From the NCBI GenBank assembly GCA_002269645.1, contig NIVC01000398.1:34572-98571 (forward strand): DNA of 64,000 bases. Direction: 5' to 3'. The DNA comes from Macrostomum lignano. Its lineage: Eukaryota. Position numbers and translations under genes: made by a program. Of this stretch, positions 1 through 11,877 are shown piece after piece. Within the stretch, counting starts at the first letter, position 1. Every line of letters begins with the position of its first letter. The notes under the pieces were generated by a model that did no database searches, had not been told where the DNA came from, and was given only the letters and a program-made list of their open reading frames with translations.

Positions 1-21
1 TAGATAGATAGATAGATAGAC

Positions 22-97
<76 letters not shown>
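1..97. repeat. (TAGA)n microsatellite, in BLTP2-like intron
   Basis: Direct reading: near-perfect TAGA repeats from the window edge. Confidence 0.98.
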
Positions 98-227
98 TCA
101 TCGCAGTCAGCAGTTTTTCAAGGTAAAAGCGAAACTTAGTGAGTTTATTTGAGACCACTGTGTACTTTTATCTGTTATCTGTTAAGCACATGCGGGTTCG
201 CCCTCTCTGTCTTATAAGCGTACTCAC

Positions 228-299
228 CTGTACTTCTTAGCGATCCGCTTTAAACTGGCTTCAATTTTATCCAATTTCACGTCTAAGATAGAAGTCCGA
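228..299 (-). CDS. BLTP2: BLTP2/KIAA0100/hobbit-like, internal exon (G)RTSILDVKLDKIEASLKRIAKKY(R/S)
   Basis: Acceptor ttttttctacattgcag and donor CAG|gtgagt; 72 nt; open in the phase-2 frame handed over by the 919-1091 exon. Resembles the recalled human KIAA0100 segment QVKVKMENTSVVL. Family call is from memory, not a search. Confidence 0.6.
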
Positions 300-441
300 C
301 TGCAATGTAGAAAAAAGTCGTAAAATTCTGCTACATTCTTTTAGAACATCAGGAAATTGTCAAAAACATTACATAGTGAGTGTTCTGGCGCACTTTTTTA
401 GCGAAAATTATTTTTGTGCTTTCAAATCCATTACAGATTTC

Positions 442-850
442 ATTATCAAGGTATTAATTCCTAATTAGAGATCCAGTTATTCAAGGTATGAATCCCTAAT
501 TAGAGATCCCATTATTCAAGTTATTAATCCCTAATTAGAGATCCCATCAACAAAGTATGAATCCCTAATTAGAGATCCCATCAACAAAGTATGAATCCCT
601 AATTAGAGATCCCATCATCAAAGTATGAATCTCTAATTAGAGATCCCATCATCAAAGTATGAATCTCTAATTAGAGATCCCATCATCAAAGTATGAATCC
701 CTAATTAGAGATCCCATCATCAAAGTATGAATCCCTAATTAGAGATCCCATCAACAAAGTATGAATCCCTAATTAGAGATCCCATCATCAAAGTATGAAT
801 CCCTAATTAGAGATCCCATCATCAAAGTATGAATCTCTAATTAGATATCC
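442..850. repeat. 34-bp minisatellite (atccctaattagagatcccatcatcaaagtatga)
   Basis: About 12 tandem units read directly. Confidence 0.95.
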
Positions 851-918
851 AACAAGGTCATGTGAAGCGACTGTGAAGCGAAAATCACCAAAAAGTACAT
901 CCCCTGAGTACTGCTCAC

Positions 919-1091
919 CCTTCGCGCAGTGCAAAGCAGATTTGATCAGCGTCCAGCATTACTTTCGCATTAAACTGGTTAGCAGCGGCACCAGCAGAGT
1001 CGCTATCTCTATTGCGACTAAAGCCAGCTGCACTGGAATCAGCGCCTCTGGCATTGTTGGTGGCTGCGCGAACATCTTGACGGAACAATCT
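919..1091 (-). CDS. BLTP2: BLTP2-like internal exon RLFRQDV...NQFNAKVMLDADQICFALREG
   Basis: Acceptor tatatcgcag and donor GG|gtgagc; only one frame open; phase 0 in, phase 2 out, matching both neighbours. C-terminal LREG resembles recalled human VDVWTLHAELHEG. Confidence 0.65.
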
Positions 1092-1369
1092 CTGCGATAT
1101 AGATATAGTGTATAGCACATAAATGGTTAGAAAAATCACACTAAATTTTATTTCTTGTAAAATAAAAAACACTTACATTAAGTCTATCAACTTGGCCAGT
1201 AAGCAAGTCGTATTGTTTACTAGTCATGTCGAATTTGAAACCGCGAATAAAAATTTTTAGTACCGCTCTTGGTTGGGCGTTTGTTTCTATTAGACTGACG
1301 TTCAGACTGATTGATAGAGGCTGAAGCACTGCAATGTAGCGTTTGGTGACCAGTTTTCGCTGTTAGTTG

Positions 1370-1845
1370 GGAGCGAGAGTACATTGAGGTAAGGGTGTTG
1401 GGGGCTAAACTGGAGTGAGTGTACGTTGGGGCAGGGGATTGAAGCCTAGAGGGGAGTGAGTGTACATTGGGGCAGGGGGTTGGGGCCTTGATAAGAGCGA
1501 GTGTACATTGGGGCAGGTGGTTGGGGCCTAGACGGGAGTGAGTGCACATTGTGAAAGGGGGTTGGGGCCTAGACTGGAGTGAGTGTACATTAGGGCAGGG
1601 GATTGAAGCCTAGACGGGAGTGGGAGTGAGTGTACATTGGGGCAGGGGATTGGGGCCTAGACTCGAGTGAGTGTATATTGGGGCAGGGGGTTGGGGCCTA
1701 GACTGGAGTGAGATTACATTGGGGCAGGGGGTTGGGGCCTAGACTGGAGTGAGATTACATTGGGGCAGGGGGTTGGGGCCTAGACTGGAGTGAGATTACA
1801 TTGGGGCAGGGGGTTGGGGCCTAGACGGGAGTGAGTGTACATTAA
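1370..1845. repeat. 41-bp G-rich minisatellite (ggggcagggggttggggcctagactggagtgagtgtacatt)
   Basis: About 11 diverged tandem units. Confidence 0.93.
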
Positions 1846-2184
1846 AGTTTTTGAAAGGGATACAAATCGCGAATAATTTATTTACCGTGATGAAATTTCA
1901 AACTGTGACCGGTAAATACTTCCGACATTGCTGCTTTAATATCGTCCTGAAATACAATTAGAAATATTTCCTTTTCCGTTAAGTAAATTCAGTCTTTCTA
2001 GAACATAAAAGTAAAAAATACAAAACTAAACAACTGACATGCTGACTTTGCTGGCTCAGCGGAGGCGACAAGTGCATTGTCAATGAGTGCAATTCGACCG
2101 ACTGGAATGAATGGTTTTGAAAATTGAAATTTACGAGCTGTCATTCGAAGTTACAAATTATTGGCAATACATTAATGGCGAAAA

Positions 2185-3640
2185 GCTCCACTACACCTTA
2201 TCTGTAAGCTCCACTCTCCCTCATCTGTATTCTGTAAGCTCCACTCTCCCTTATCTGTAAGCTCCACTCTCCCTCATCTGTAAGCTGAACTCTCCCTTAT
2301 CTGCAAGCTCCATTCTCAATAATCTGTAAGCTCCACTCTCCCTTATCTGTAAGCTCCACTCTCCCTTATCTGTAAGCTCCACTCTCCCTTATCTGTAAGC
2401 TCCACTCTCCCTTATCTGTAAGCTCCACTCTCCCTTATCTGTAAGCTCCACTCTCCCTTATCTGTAAGCTCCACTCTCCCTTATCTGTAAGCTAAACTCT
2501 ACTTTATCTGTAAGCTCCACTCTCCCTTATCTGTAAGCTCCACTCTCCCTCATCTGTAAGCTGAACTCTCCTTATCTGTAAGCTCCACTCTCCCTCATCT
2601 GTAAGCTGAACTCTCCTTTATCTGTAAGCTCCACTCTCCCTCATCTGTAAGCTAAACTCTCCCTTATCTGTAAGCTCCACTCTCCCTTATCTGCAAGCTC
2701 CATTCTCAATTATCTGTAAGCTCCACTCTCCCTTATCTGTAAGCTCCACTCTCCCTCATCTGTAAGCTGAACTCTCCCTTATCTGCAAGCTCCATTCTCA
2801 ATAATCTGTAAGCTCCACTCTCCCTTATCTGTAAGCTGAACTCTCCCTTATCTGTAAGCTCCACTCTCCCTCATCTGTAAGCTCCACTCTCCCTTATTTG
2901 TAAGCTCCACTCTCCCTTATCTGTAAGCTCCACTCTCCCTCATCTGTAAGCTGAACTCTCCCTTATCTGTAAGCTCCACTCTCCCTTATCTGTAAGCTCC
3001 ACTCTCCCTCATCTGTAAGCTGAACTCTCCCTTATCTGCAAGCTCCATTCTCAATAATCTGTAAGCTCCACTCTCCCTTATCTGTAAGCTGAACTCTCCC
3101 TTATCTGTAAGCTCCACTCTCCCTCATCTGTAAGCTCCACTCTCCCTTATTTGTAAGCTCCACTCTCCCTCATCTGTAAGCTGAACTCTCCCTTATCTGT
3201 AAGCTCCACTCTCCCTTATCTGTAAGCTCCACTCTCCCTTATCTGTAAGCTCCACTCTCCCTCATCTGTAAGCTGAACTCTCCCTTATCTGCAAGCTCCA
3301 CTCTCCCTTATCTGTAAGCTCCACTCTCCCTCATCTGTAAGCTGAACTCTCCCTTATCTGTAAGCTCCACTCTCCCTCATCTGTAAGCTCCACTCTCCCT
3401 TATTTGTAAGCTCCACTCTCCCTCATCTGTAAGCTGAACTCTCCCTTATCTGTAAGCTCCACTCTCCCTTATCTGTAAGCTCCACTCTCCCTTATCTGTA
3501 AGCTCCACTCTCCCTCATCTGTAAGCTGAACTCTCCCTTATCTGCAAGCTCCATTCTCAATAATCTGTAAGCTCCACTCTCCCTTACCCTGGTATCTGTA
3601 AGCTCCACTCTCCCTTATTTGTAAGCTCCACTCTCTTTAA
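2185..3640. repeat. 23-bp pyrimidine-rich minisatellite (ctgtaagctccactctcccttat)
   Basis: About 60 tandem units with recurring variant blocks. Confidence 0.97.
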
Positions 3641-3704
3641 CCTGCAAGCCTCATCATTCCTTAACTATTAAAACGCCCATATACACGAACAAGCAGATAT
3701 TTAC

Positions 3705-4207
3705 CCTTTGATCTCCGTGGAAAAGCAGCTTCTCAAACGCCACACCAGCTAATAACGGTTTGGATTCGTCAGACTTGTCTTCATAGCAAACATGCAACTG
3801 GTGCACCTCAATGCATTTTATTAGCTCTGGCATTTTCTGAAGCCAAGACAACCAATTTTGAGGCTTTTGTTGCTGTTGCGAACTCTCCGATTCATCAGAT
3901 TTGACAGGCAATACTGCAGAGTGAGGCAATTTCGATATTGAAGACTCTCGACGCCTAACTAATAGGTGAACATCCCGCATGACTAACTCCAGTCCTTGTC
4001 CGGGAAACAGCCGATTCTTTGAGCCAAACCAGCTGACTGCATAGTTCAAAATTAGCTTGCCGGTGGCTTGAAAACTCTTCCTATTGAGTTCGATACTTCC
4101 AATATTGTAGTGGACTAAATCAAGTCCCGGTGCCACTTGGGCCAGTCTCTGGCGGACATCCTGATTTGCCTGATCAGCATTGGATAAGTTGAGCAGCAGG
4201 AATTTAC
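3705..4207 (-). CDS. BLTP2: BLTP2-like N-terminal large exon (GKFLLLN...KLLFHGDQR)
   Basis: Core of the non-repetitive ORF 3654-4313; acceptor cccag at 4208-4210 after a T-rich tract; donor AGG|gtaaat; 503 nt (phase 1 in, phase 0 out). The spliced KLLFHGDQR|RLFRQDV resembles recalled human RFLLDSDGKRLICEV. The 5' boundary is uncertain. Confidence 0.65.
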
Positions 4208-6911
4208 CTGGGTTTTGGTGGACCGAAGCAACGGGTGAAAAAAATTGTTGAAAATAGTTGACTTTGATCTTTAATTTAAATGATTCACTTTTAGAGTTTA
4301 TAGAGTGCATCATTTTGCATTAACTTTAAATTTGGCATCTAAATCCTTAACAACCCAAAATATCAAATTTAAACCATGTTTTTTTCAAGTTAAATGCTAT
4401 TTCATTCAATTTACATATTTTTATAGTGTGGAAGGCCTTCTTACATGAAATACTAACTTTCTATGAAATTTAAAATCTGTACATATTTTCTAGACAATTT
4501 TGTAGTATAAATACAAGTAAATACCCATTTTGGACTGAACCTTGTAATCCTTTCAACTAGAAAACAAATTTATTAGTGAGTTTCAAGTAAATATTGAGAA
4601 TTGTATCAAAATTAGTTAATTTTTAATAATTAAGGAGCATGTACTGAATATACTACTAATAAGTAGACTACCTAAATCAGAAATACATAAATAATACCAG
4701 AGACTGTGACCCTCTAATCTCAGTAATGCCTAGGACAAATATTTTTATTTTAAGAAAAGTCTTTTTTATAGTGTATTTTTAAGGGAAAGTAAATATATTC
4801 ATCCATTTAGTCTCTAAATAATCCATAAAAATATAAGTGTGGCATGTGTTTAGTTTTATTTATTATATTAAACTAATTCAAATTGAAATTAATGTAAATA
4901 AAGAAAACAGTTAATAAAATATGACAAGGTATTGCCTTGTTTCTTATAAAGTTCTTCTATACATGGTAGGAGTATACTTCTCTATTTAAATCTCAAATGC
5001 TATCACCAATGTTGAATAGGGATATAGTTCTATCTTATTAAATCCTATTGTCAAGTAACTAAATTTGTAATAGTGCTCACTTAATCTTAGCTACAGTCAC
5101 CAAGCTTATGCTAGTGATAAGCTTCTGATATACTTTTAGTACTATTCTTTGTACTGATAGTATATCATATAAAACTGGTAGCATATGTGTTCTTTTGGCC
5201 TAAGCAGTCTTATGGCACTGTACTTTGTTTTATCTTATGTATTATGGTTGTCTCCTATTTAGGTTTTTCTCTCAGTCCAGGTGTTACTAGGATCAGAGGG
5301 TAATGGCTTACACTCTAGGTTTATTGCACTGAAGTGAATTCTTAGATTCTATGTCTGGATATTCTTACCCTTTGGTAGATCTTCTGCCTTCTAAGGCAAT
5401 TTTCTAGATTCTTAATCTAGAGGTCTTATTCTATAAGAATGGAGTGAGTTCTCTCAATGTTAGGGCTTTCAATGTAATTTTTATATAGAATCTTAAAAAA
5501 AAGCAAAAAAAATTTCTCAAAAAAATTAATAAAACAAACACAATCAAAAAGGAAAGCTAATATTTATTGTCTAATAGCATTGTAACAAAATCTCTCATTT
5601 TATGTTATATATGTTCTATATTATGTTATATGGGCAAAAAACACTGGCAATATTAATACAGTTGCTGTGCAAATAATGAGTGCCTATATATTTATAAGGT
5701 ATTTTTGTACTAGAATTTTTTATAGACAAATTTAAATTAACACTTGAAAAATAGTTATCTTATAATATTATAAGTTAAAACTAACAAAAGGTAACTGTGC
5801 AGGCATGATTTACATGTGTTTATAGCTTAGCAGTTGTTAGGCCTACTACTATTATTTATGCAAAATACAAGGGAAGGCCAAGGGGTATTTCAAAAAAGCA
5901 AGAATTAGACATTTGCTTTCAAAATGATAGATTATAGTCAAATATAAGTGGACTATAATAGCTGTGTATTATAGTATAACACCTATATTTATTTTAGTTA
6001 CTATGTAAATAACAATAGTACTATTTACACAGTGTCAGGCAAAAGATAGACAATAATAAACCTTCATTAAAAAAATAAATAATAAAACAAGGCAAAGCAC
6101 AAAGATCTTTAGTCATTTAGAATGTTACTTTTATAAAACTTTTTCCTACTCTGAAATAAAAATAAAAACTTGGTATATTGATACTTTTATTGCAACTAAC
6201 CCCTTTTAATTTTAAAGCAATATTTTTTAATAATTAAAATACTACACTTAGAGACACGGCAACCATGTCTTTAATGCAAAAACTTATAGACACTGCAGCC
6301 ATGTCTCTAAGTTTCCGCATTATAGGCATGGCCACTGTGTCTAAAAGTATAGACCTAGTCACTATTAGAGACATGGCCACCATGTCAATAAAACTTGCAT
6401 GGCAGCTGTATTGTTAATATTGAATGGGTATGGGTTCACACTTAGAGACATAGTGGGTGGCCGTGTCGTTAATATTGAATGGGTTCACACTTATAGACAT
6501 GGTGGGTGGCTGTGTCTCTAATATTGGAGCTTATAGGCACAGCTGCCATTGCCATGTATATAATCATTAATGGGATAAAAAGATCAATTGATTGAAAAGT
6601 CAGTTTTTTTATTTTTAAATTTTTAAAAATTAGATCAAATTATTTCTTAATGAGTAACACAAAATCATTTTAAAGTGCAGCCGCAATTATATATGTAGCT
6701 ACTGAAAATAAATTTTTTGATACATATTAGCCCACTTTAAGATTTAGTGTTACTCTTAGAAAAAACTAGCAATCTTCGCCCCCCGTTGGGGGACATCTGT
6801 ATAGAACCTCTGTTCTCTACAAGTCACAAAAAGATAGCCAAAAAAGACCTTCACAAAGAAAACAGACAAAATACTCAAAGGAAGTGCAATGCAAAAAAAA
6901 ATCATCCCAAG

Positions 6912-7085
6912 ACAGCAAGCATCCCCCAGATAGCAAGCATCCTCCAGATTGCAAGCAACCCCCGGATAGCAAGCATCCCCCAGATAGCAAGCATCCCCCA
7001 GATAGCAAGCATCCCCCAGATAGCAAGCATCCCCCAGATAGCAAGCATCCCCTACATAGATAGCATCCCCAAATAGCAAGCATCC
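6912..7085. repeat. 18-bp minisatellite (gcaagcatcccccagata)
   Basis: About 9 units; source of the artefactual IASIPQ ORFs. Confidence 0.93.
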
Positions 7086-7177
7086 ACCAGACAATAAGTA
7101 GCTAGTGCGACAATTTCCTTAGCATTATAGTGGCTCCTTTAAAATTTGCTTACTTTTATGTTTGAAATTGTGTAAAT

Positions 7178-7797
7178 TTTATGTTTGACATGGTGGCTGT
7201 TTTATGTTCTACATGGCAACTGTTTTATGTTTGAAACGATGGCTTTTTAATGTCAGACATGGTGGCTCTTTTATGTTTTACATGGTGGCTCTTTTATGTT
7301 TGACATGGTGCCTCTTTAATGTTCGACAAAGTGGCTATTTAATGTTTCAAAAGGTGGCTTTTAAATGTTTGACATGGTGGCTCCTAAATGTTTGACATGG
7401 TGGCTCTTTAATGTTTGACATAAAGACACATATATAATTGACATGGTGGCTCTTAAATGTTTGACATGGTGGCTCTTTAATGTTTTTCATGGTATAGCTC
7501 TTTTATGTTCGACATGGTGGCTCTTTTAGGTTTGACATGGTGGGTTTTTTAGGTTTGACATGGTGGCTCTTAAATGTTTGACATGGTGGCTCTTAAATGT
7601 TTGACATGGTGGCTCTTTAATGTTTTACATGGTGGCTCTTAAATGTTTGACATGGTGGCTCTTAAATGTTTGACATGGTAGCTCTTTAATATTCTACATT
7701 GTGGCTCTTAAGTGTTCGAAATGGTGGATCTTTTAGGTTTGACATGATGGCTGTTTAATATTCAACATAGTGGCTCTTTAATATTCTACATGGTGGC
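7178..7797. repeat. 23-bp minisatellite (tgtttgacatggtggctcttaaa)
   Basis: About 26 diverged tandem units. Confidence 0.93.
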
Positions 7798-7875
7798 AAG
7801 TTGAAATTCTACATTAAAAAGTTCGAGTTGAAAAAAATTCTGTTTGCTCAAAAAATTCAAATTAAAAAAAAACTA

Positions 7876-7945
7876 TGACCACTTGGGATTCAAACCTAGC
7901 TACTCGCAATCACAAGGCAATCAACATACCCACAAAGCCACCACT
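7876..7945 (-). other. Degenerate tRNA-like sequence (possible SINE head)
   Basis: Minus strand has A-box-like tggctttgtgg and B-box-like ggtttgaatccc at tRNA spacing, but the stems do not pair, so it is not a functional tRNA. Confidence 0.3.
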
Positions 7946-8170
7946 TGCTTAAAAGAAAGGCCCTACAGAACACGCATTTTATATTGATGATTATAGCTAT
8001 GCCTATAAGCTCAAATATTATAGACACGGCCGCTGTGCCTATAAGTACTCCATAATTAAAACGGACTAACTCTTGCAACAAAAATTATCAAAGGAATTCT
8101 TTATTTTAAAATCTAAGCACAGTTCCTTGAATATATCTAAAACATAAAAGAATAAAACATGAAAACTTAC

Positions 8171-8252
8171 CCTCTCGTAACAATGCTCGAAATGAAAAAT
8201 GCTGTTGAATATAATATAATATTCCAACAAAGAACCTTAAAAATCGAGTCAT
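8171..8252 (-). CDS. Candidate first coding exon of BLTP2-like gene (MTRFLRFFVGILYYIQQHFSFRALLRE-G)
   Basis: ATG 1 nt after an acceptor-like ttttgatccattag; strong donor GG|gtaagt; phase 1 matches the 4207 acceptor; moderately hydrophobic N-terminus, as expected for the BLTP2 anchor. Confidence 0.4.
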
Positions 8253-9111
8253 CCTAATGGATCAAAATAGCTAACTGTGATTTACTGTCTGTTAGGTCAT
8301 TAACATAAAGTGGCAAAAGCTTAGGCCTAACTTAAAGGAGTATCTAGCTAATTAGCTCAAGCTTAGTGCTAATATGATCTGAGTAACTGAGTGATCATGA
8401 TTAGCTAGGATAAGCGATATCGCCGATGGGGCCTACCAGTATACCACTACCACCACGAAAAGTTTTCGAGATACCGAGCAATACAACTGATCGAATGCAC
8501 AAATACAGACACTGCTGAATTGGAACGATTATATAAGGATGTAAAAATTTAGCACACGAAGGCTTTCATTCGCCACAGAATTTAAAGGCAAATAGTCCGC
8601 TCCACAGCGATATCTGATAATTAATTACGTTCTTGGAAAAGAACACTCTCAAAATAGACCACTTTTTTCACAATAAAACAAAGCACAGAATAAACAGCAA
8701 TATTTCCTGATCTCTAAAATGTACGAAACAAAGATACTTGTTTGTATTGCAAATAAAACCGATAAAAGTTATATTCATTTTTAAAGATACAATTATTTCA
8801 GCTTAATAGATTCATATTCTTTTCAGTTTCATTGATTGATTTCATTTTCAATTTATTTTCTACTTAATTTCAATGGTCTCCTTAATGCAATATCACGTCA
8901 ATTCTCTCAATTTCGCTATGTGAAAATTGCGCCTAAGCTTCATACATGTACATGTACATGTATTCAAACCCAAAATAAGCTGAGATCGCGTTTTTTATGA
9001 GATAGCATTTTCAGATTGCGTTGCCAGATAGTCTTTCATATATTCGAATACCCCTAGCTCATGATCATGCAATCACGTCAAAGCTGGAGCTGCAATGGGT
9101 GGGAGCATGAG

Positions 9112-9427
9112 CAGGGGCGACGAACCGGTGCAAGGGGACAGGGGGGACATGCCAATGCTATGTCCCCCGCACCTCGCCTTGTTGACGGCCGTTATGGAAA
9201 TCAATAATTTTGCTTCAGGGCGACAGAACAGCGCCTGCAGCAACCAAAATGAGTGTCTGTGGTGCTAAAATGGTGCCTGCGGCACCAAAATGATCGATGA
9301 CAACACCGACGCAATTCGGAAATTAATATAAACATGTATAGTAGGAATTTATAGTCATGAACATGTACCATGTAGAATTCTCGGCTTTGTCCCCCCACCA
9401 CCATAAATCCATGGCGACGCACCGCTG
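9112..9427. mobile_element. hAT-type MITE (316 bp)
   Basis: CAGGGGCG...CGCACCGCTG imperfect TIRs; 8-bp TSD AGCATGAG (9104-9111) / AGCATAAG (9428-9435). Confidence 0.7.
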
Positions 9428-9444
9428 AGCATAAGAATTCCCCG

Positions 9445-10125
9445 CAGACGAATTGCCCACCGAGGTTTACCCAGACAGGAGATTTGCCCGCCGAGCTTTT
9501 CGCGCAAGAGATTTGCCCGCCGAGCTTTTCCCGAAAGAGATTTGCTTTCCGAGCTTTCCCGCAGGGGATTTGCCCGACGAGCTTTTCCTGCAGGAAATTT
9601 GCTCGCCGCTTTTCCCGCAGGAAATTTGCCCGCCGAGCTTTTCCCCCAGGGGATTGCCCACCGAGATCGATTTTCCCGCTAAGATTTGCTCCCTGAGATC
9701 GATTTGCTCGCCGAGCTTTTCCCGCAGGAAATTTGCTCACCGAGCTTTTCCCGCAGGGGATTTGCCCGCCGAGATCGATTTGCCCGCCGAGCTTTTCCCA
9801 CAGGGGATTTGCCCGCCGAGATCGATTTGCCCGCCGAGCTTTTCCCGCAGGGGATTTGCCCGCCGAGCTTTTCCTGCAGGGGTTTTGCCCGCCGAGCTTT
9901 TCCCGCAGGGGATTTGCCCGCCGAGCTTTTCCTGCAGGGGATTTGCCCGCCGAGCTTTTCCCGCAGGGGATGTGCCCGCCGAGCTTTTCTCGCAGGGGAT
10001 TTGCCCGCCGAGATTTGCCCGCCGAGATTTGCCCGCCGAGATCGATTTGCTCGCCAAGATTTGCCCGCCGAGATTTTCCCGTCGAGATTTGCCTGCGAGT
10101 GAATTGGCCGCCGAGGTTTGCCCGC
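9445..10125. repeat. ~28-bp GC-rich minisatellite (gatttgcccgccgagcttttcccgcagg)
   Basis: Tandem units with shorter variants; produces the artefactual ORFs at 9.2-10.3 kb. Confidence 0.95.
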
Positions 10126-10516
10126 AATGCTTTTTTCCTGCAGCGCATTATTGCCACGCGGCCGATTTTGTCTACATTGCCCACCCCCCGCCCAATGCTA
10201 TAGTAAGTCTAATAAAAGAGATTAAGGAGACAAAGCAACATGTTACACATGTATGCATGAATTAGTAGCTAACCGATGAGCCCCTGCATGTATAATTGAT
10301 AGAAATGAAAACCTACGAGAAAAAATATGCATTTGTTATGCAGTTACTATATCGAATGTTTTGATCGGGGTACATGTAAATATATTTTTAACACAATTAT
10401 TACTATACGCATCGGGGGCATGCAGACAGAATCTGCCGTGTGCCAAGAAAAAAGCATTGCATTGCGGGTAAACCTCGACCGGCAGGAATTAAAAGCTCGG
10501 CGGGCAAATCGTCTGT
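9445..10516. mobile_element. Putative TIR element with internal GC-rich ~28-bp tandem array
   Basis: Left cagacgaattgcccaccgag is inverted to right ctcggcgggcaaatcgtctg; no TSD found. Confidence 0.45.
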
Positions 10517-11877
10517 ATGTAGTACAGCTAGTACATGTACAGTAGGTCAAGAACGATTTACATAATGCATATGTTCGACGTTAATAAGGATCCGGATCTA
10601 CACCTTTCTCAAATTGAATTTTTTCTCAAAGCAAAAACCTGCCAAGAGTTCATGGGTTTTAGCCAGCTTGGCAGATACAGTAAAATACAATGTCAATCCT
10701 TTGTATTGATTTTCGCCGAAGTAGTTTGAAACCTATATAGGTATGGAATTATGGATAATGATGTAAAGCTTGACGGTCGTTTCGTCTGCTGCCAGTTCGT
10801 CTGTCATTCTTTCGTCTGAAAAAATACGATGCAGTCATTCGTCTGCCACACAAAATATTAGACTAAGTATGATGTCAGTACATATAATATTGAAAATAAA
10901 TATCGGTATATATCTTAAAAACTACTAATACTTTAATAAAAATAACAAATTAATAATTACGCTAGAATTAGCACGAGCGTACGATCTAAAAAATATTATC
11001 CCAAGGGACCCGCGTGTAGTATGCACACGTAATACTAACTTTTTGTTTGTTATATGAATTTTCGAGGCTGAATAATTGTTCATAATAATGCATCATTATT
11101 GGATGGGGTCATAAAAATGCTCATAACAGCCGGCCGATCATATTTAACAGCGAACTCCGTCTCTGCCTTTAATATTCGTAACTGCAGCTTCCATCCGTCC
11201 ATAAGTTCGTTTTTTCAACGGATTTTTAAAATTGATACTACGTTTCTTTGAAATATTGCGATAAACAAAATTACGCTTAAAAAACTGACATTTTGCTTTA
11301 ACTCCATTTGAATGCCTCGCAATATTTGATTATGAAAAATAAGTTTTGCTAGCTATGTAACTATACCTTATCTTTTTTTCTCAAAAACTCGTTTTGTCTG
11401 CCGGCAGACGAATTGACCCGCTCACCGTAAATTTCCCACTTCATGTTGTCACTAGTTCTTTAACTGATGGGCTAAATATTAATATTTTTAAATCCAAACT
11501 AAATATATCTGTCTAACTATATAGTAGGGCTTATGGGAGCCTATTATAGTAAGGCCCCTTATTTAGTAAAATTATGGCAAAGGCTAGAGTTCTGGCACCG
11601 GAACCAGGGTTTTTTTTTGTGCGCAGAGTGTGCGTATGCACCCTAAATTTTAAAATCGCACCCTGAAATTAAAAAAGTAGGTGCGGTTTAGGTGCGGTCT
11701 TATAACCATTTTTCTTTAAAGGCTTAACCATGCTTAAGCTATTTTTTATGCACTGCCTTAAAATATGAAACAAAATAACTCTTTAAATCCTATTAAGTCA
11801 TATAGGCGATATAGCCTATAGCTATAGCCTTATGTAAGATATTAAAATATACATTCCCAGTTGTCTGAAATGTGAGC

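Noticed and set aside
7876-7945. Functional tRNA gene (also 54482-54545)
   Set aside because: Acceptor and anticodon stems do not pair; kept only as tRNA-like relics.
9201-10265. Long overlapping ORFs on both strands
   Set aside because: All derive from the GC-rich 28-bp array; they are open in many frames at once.
10775-11420. Separate TIR element bounded by ttcgtctgc / gcagacgaa
   Set aside because: Termini imperfect and no TSD found; not supported enough to list as a feature.
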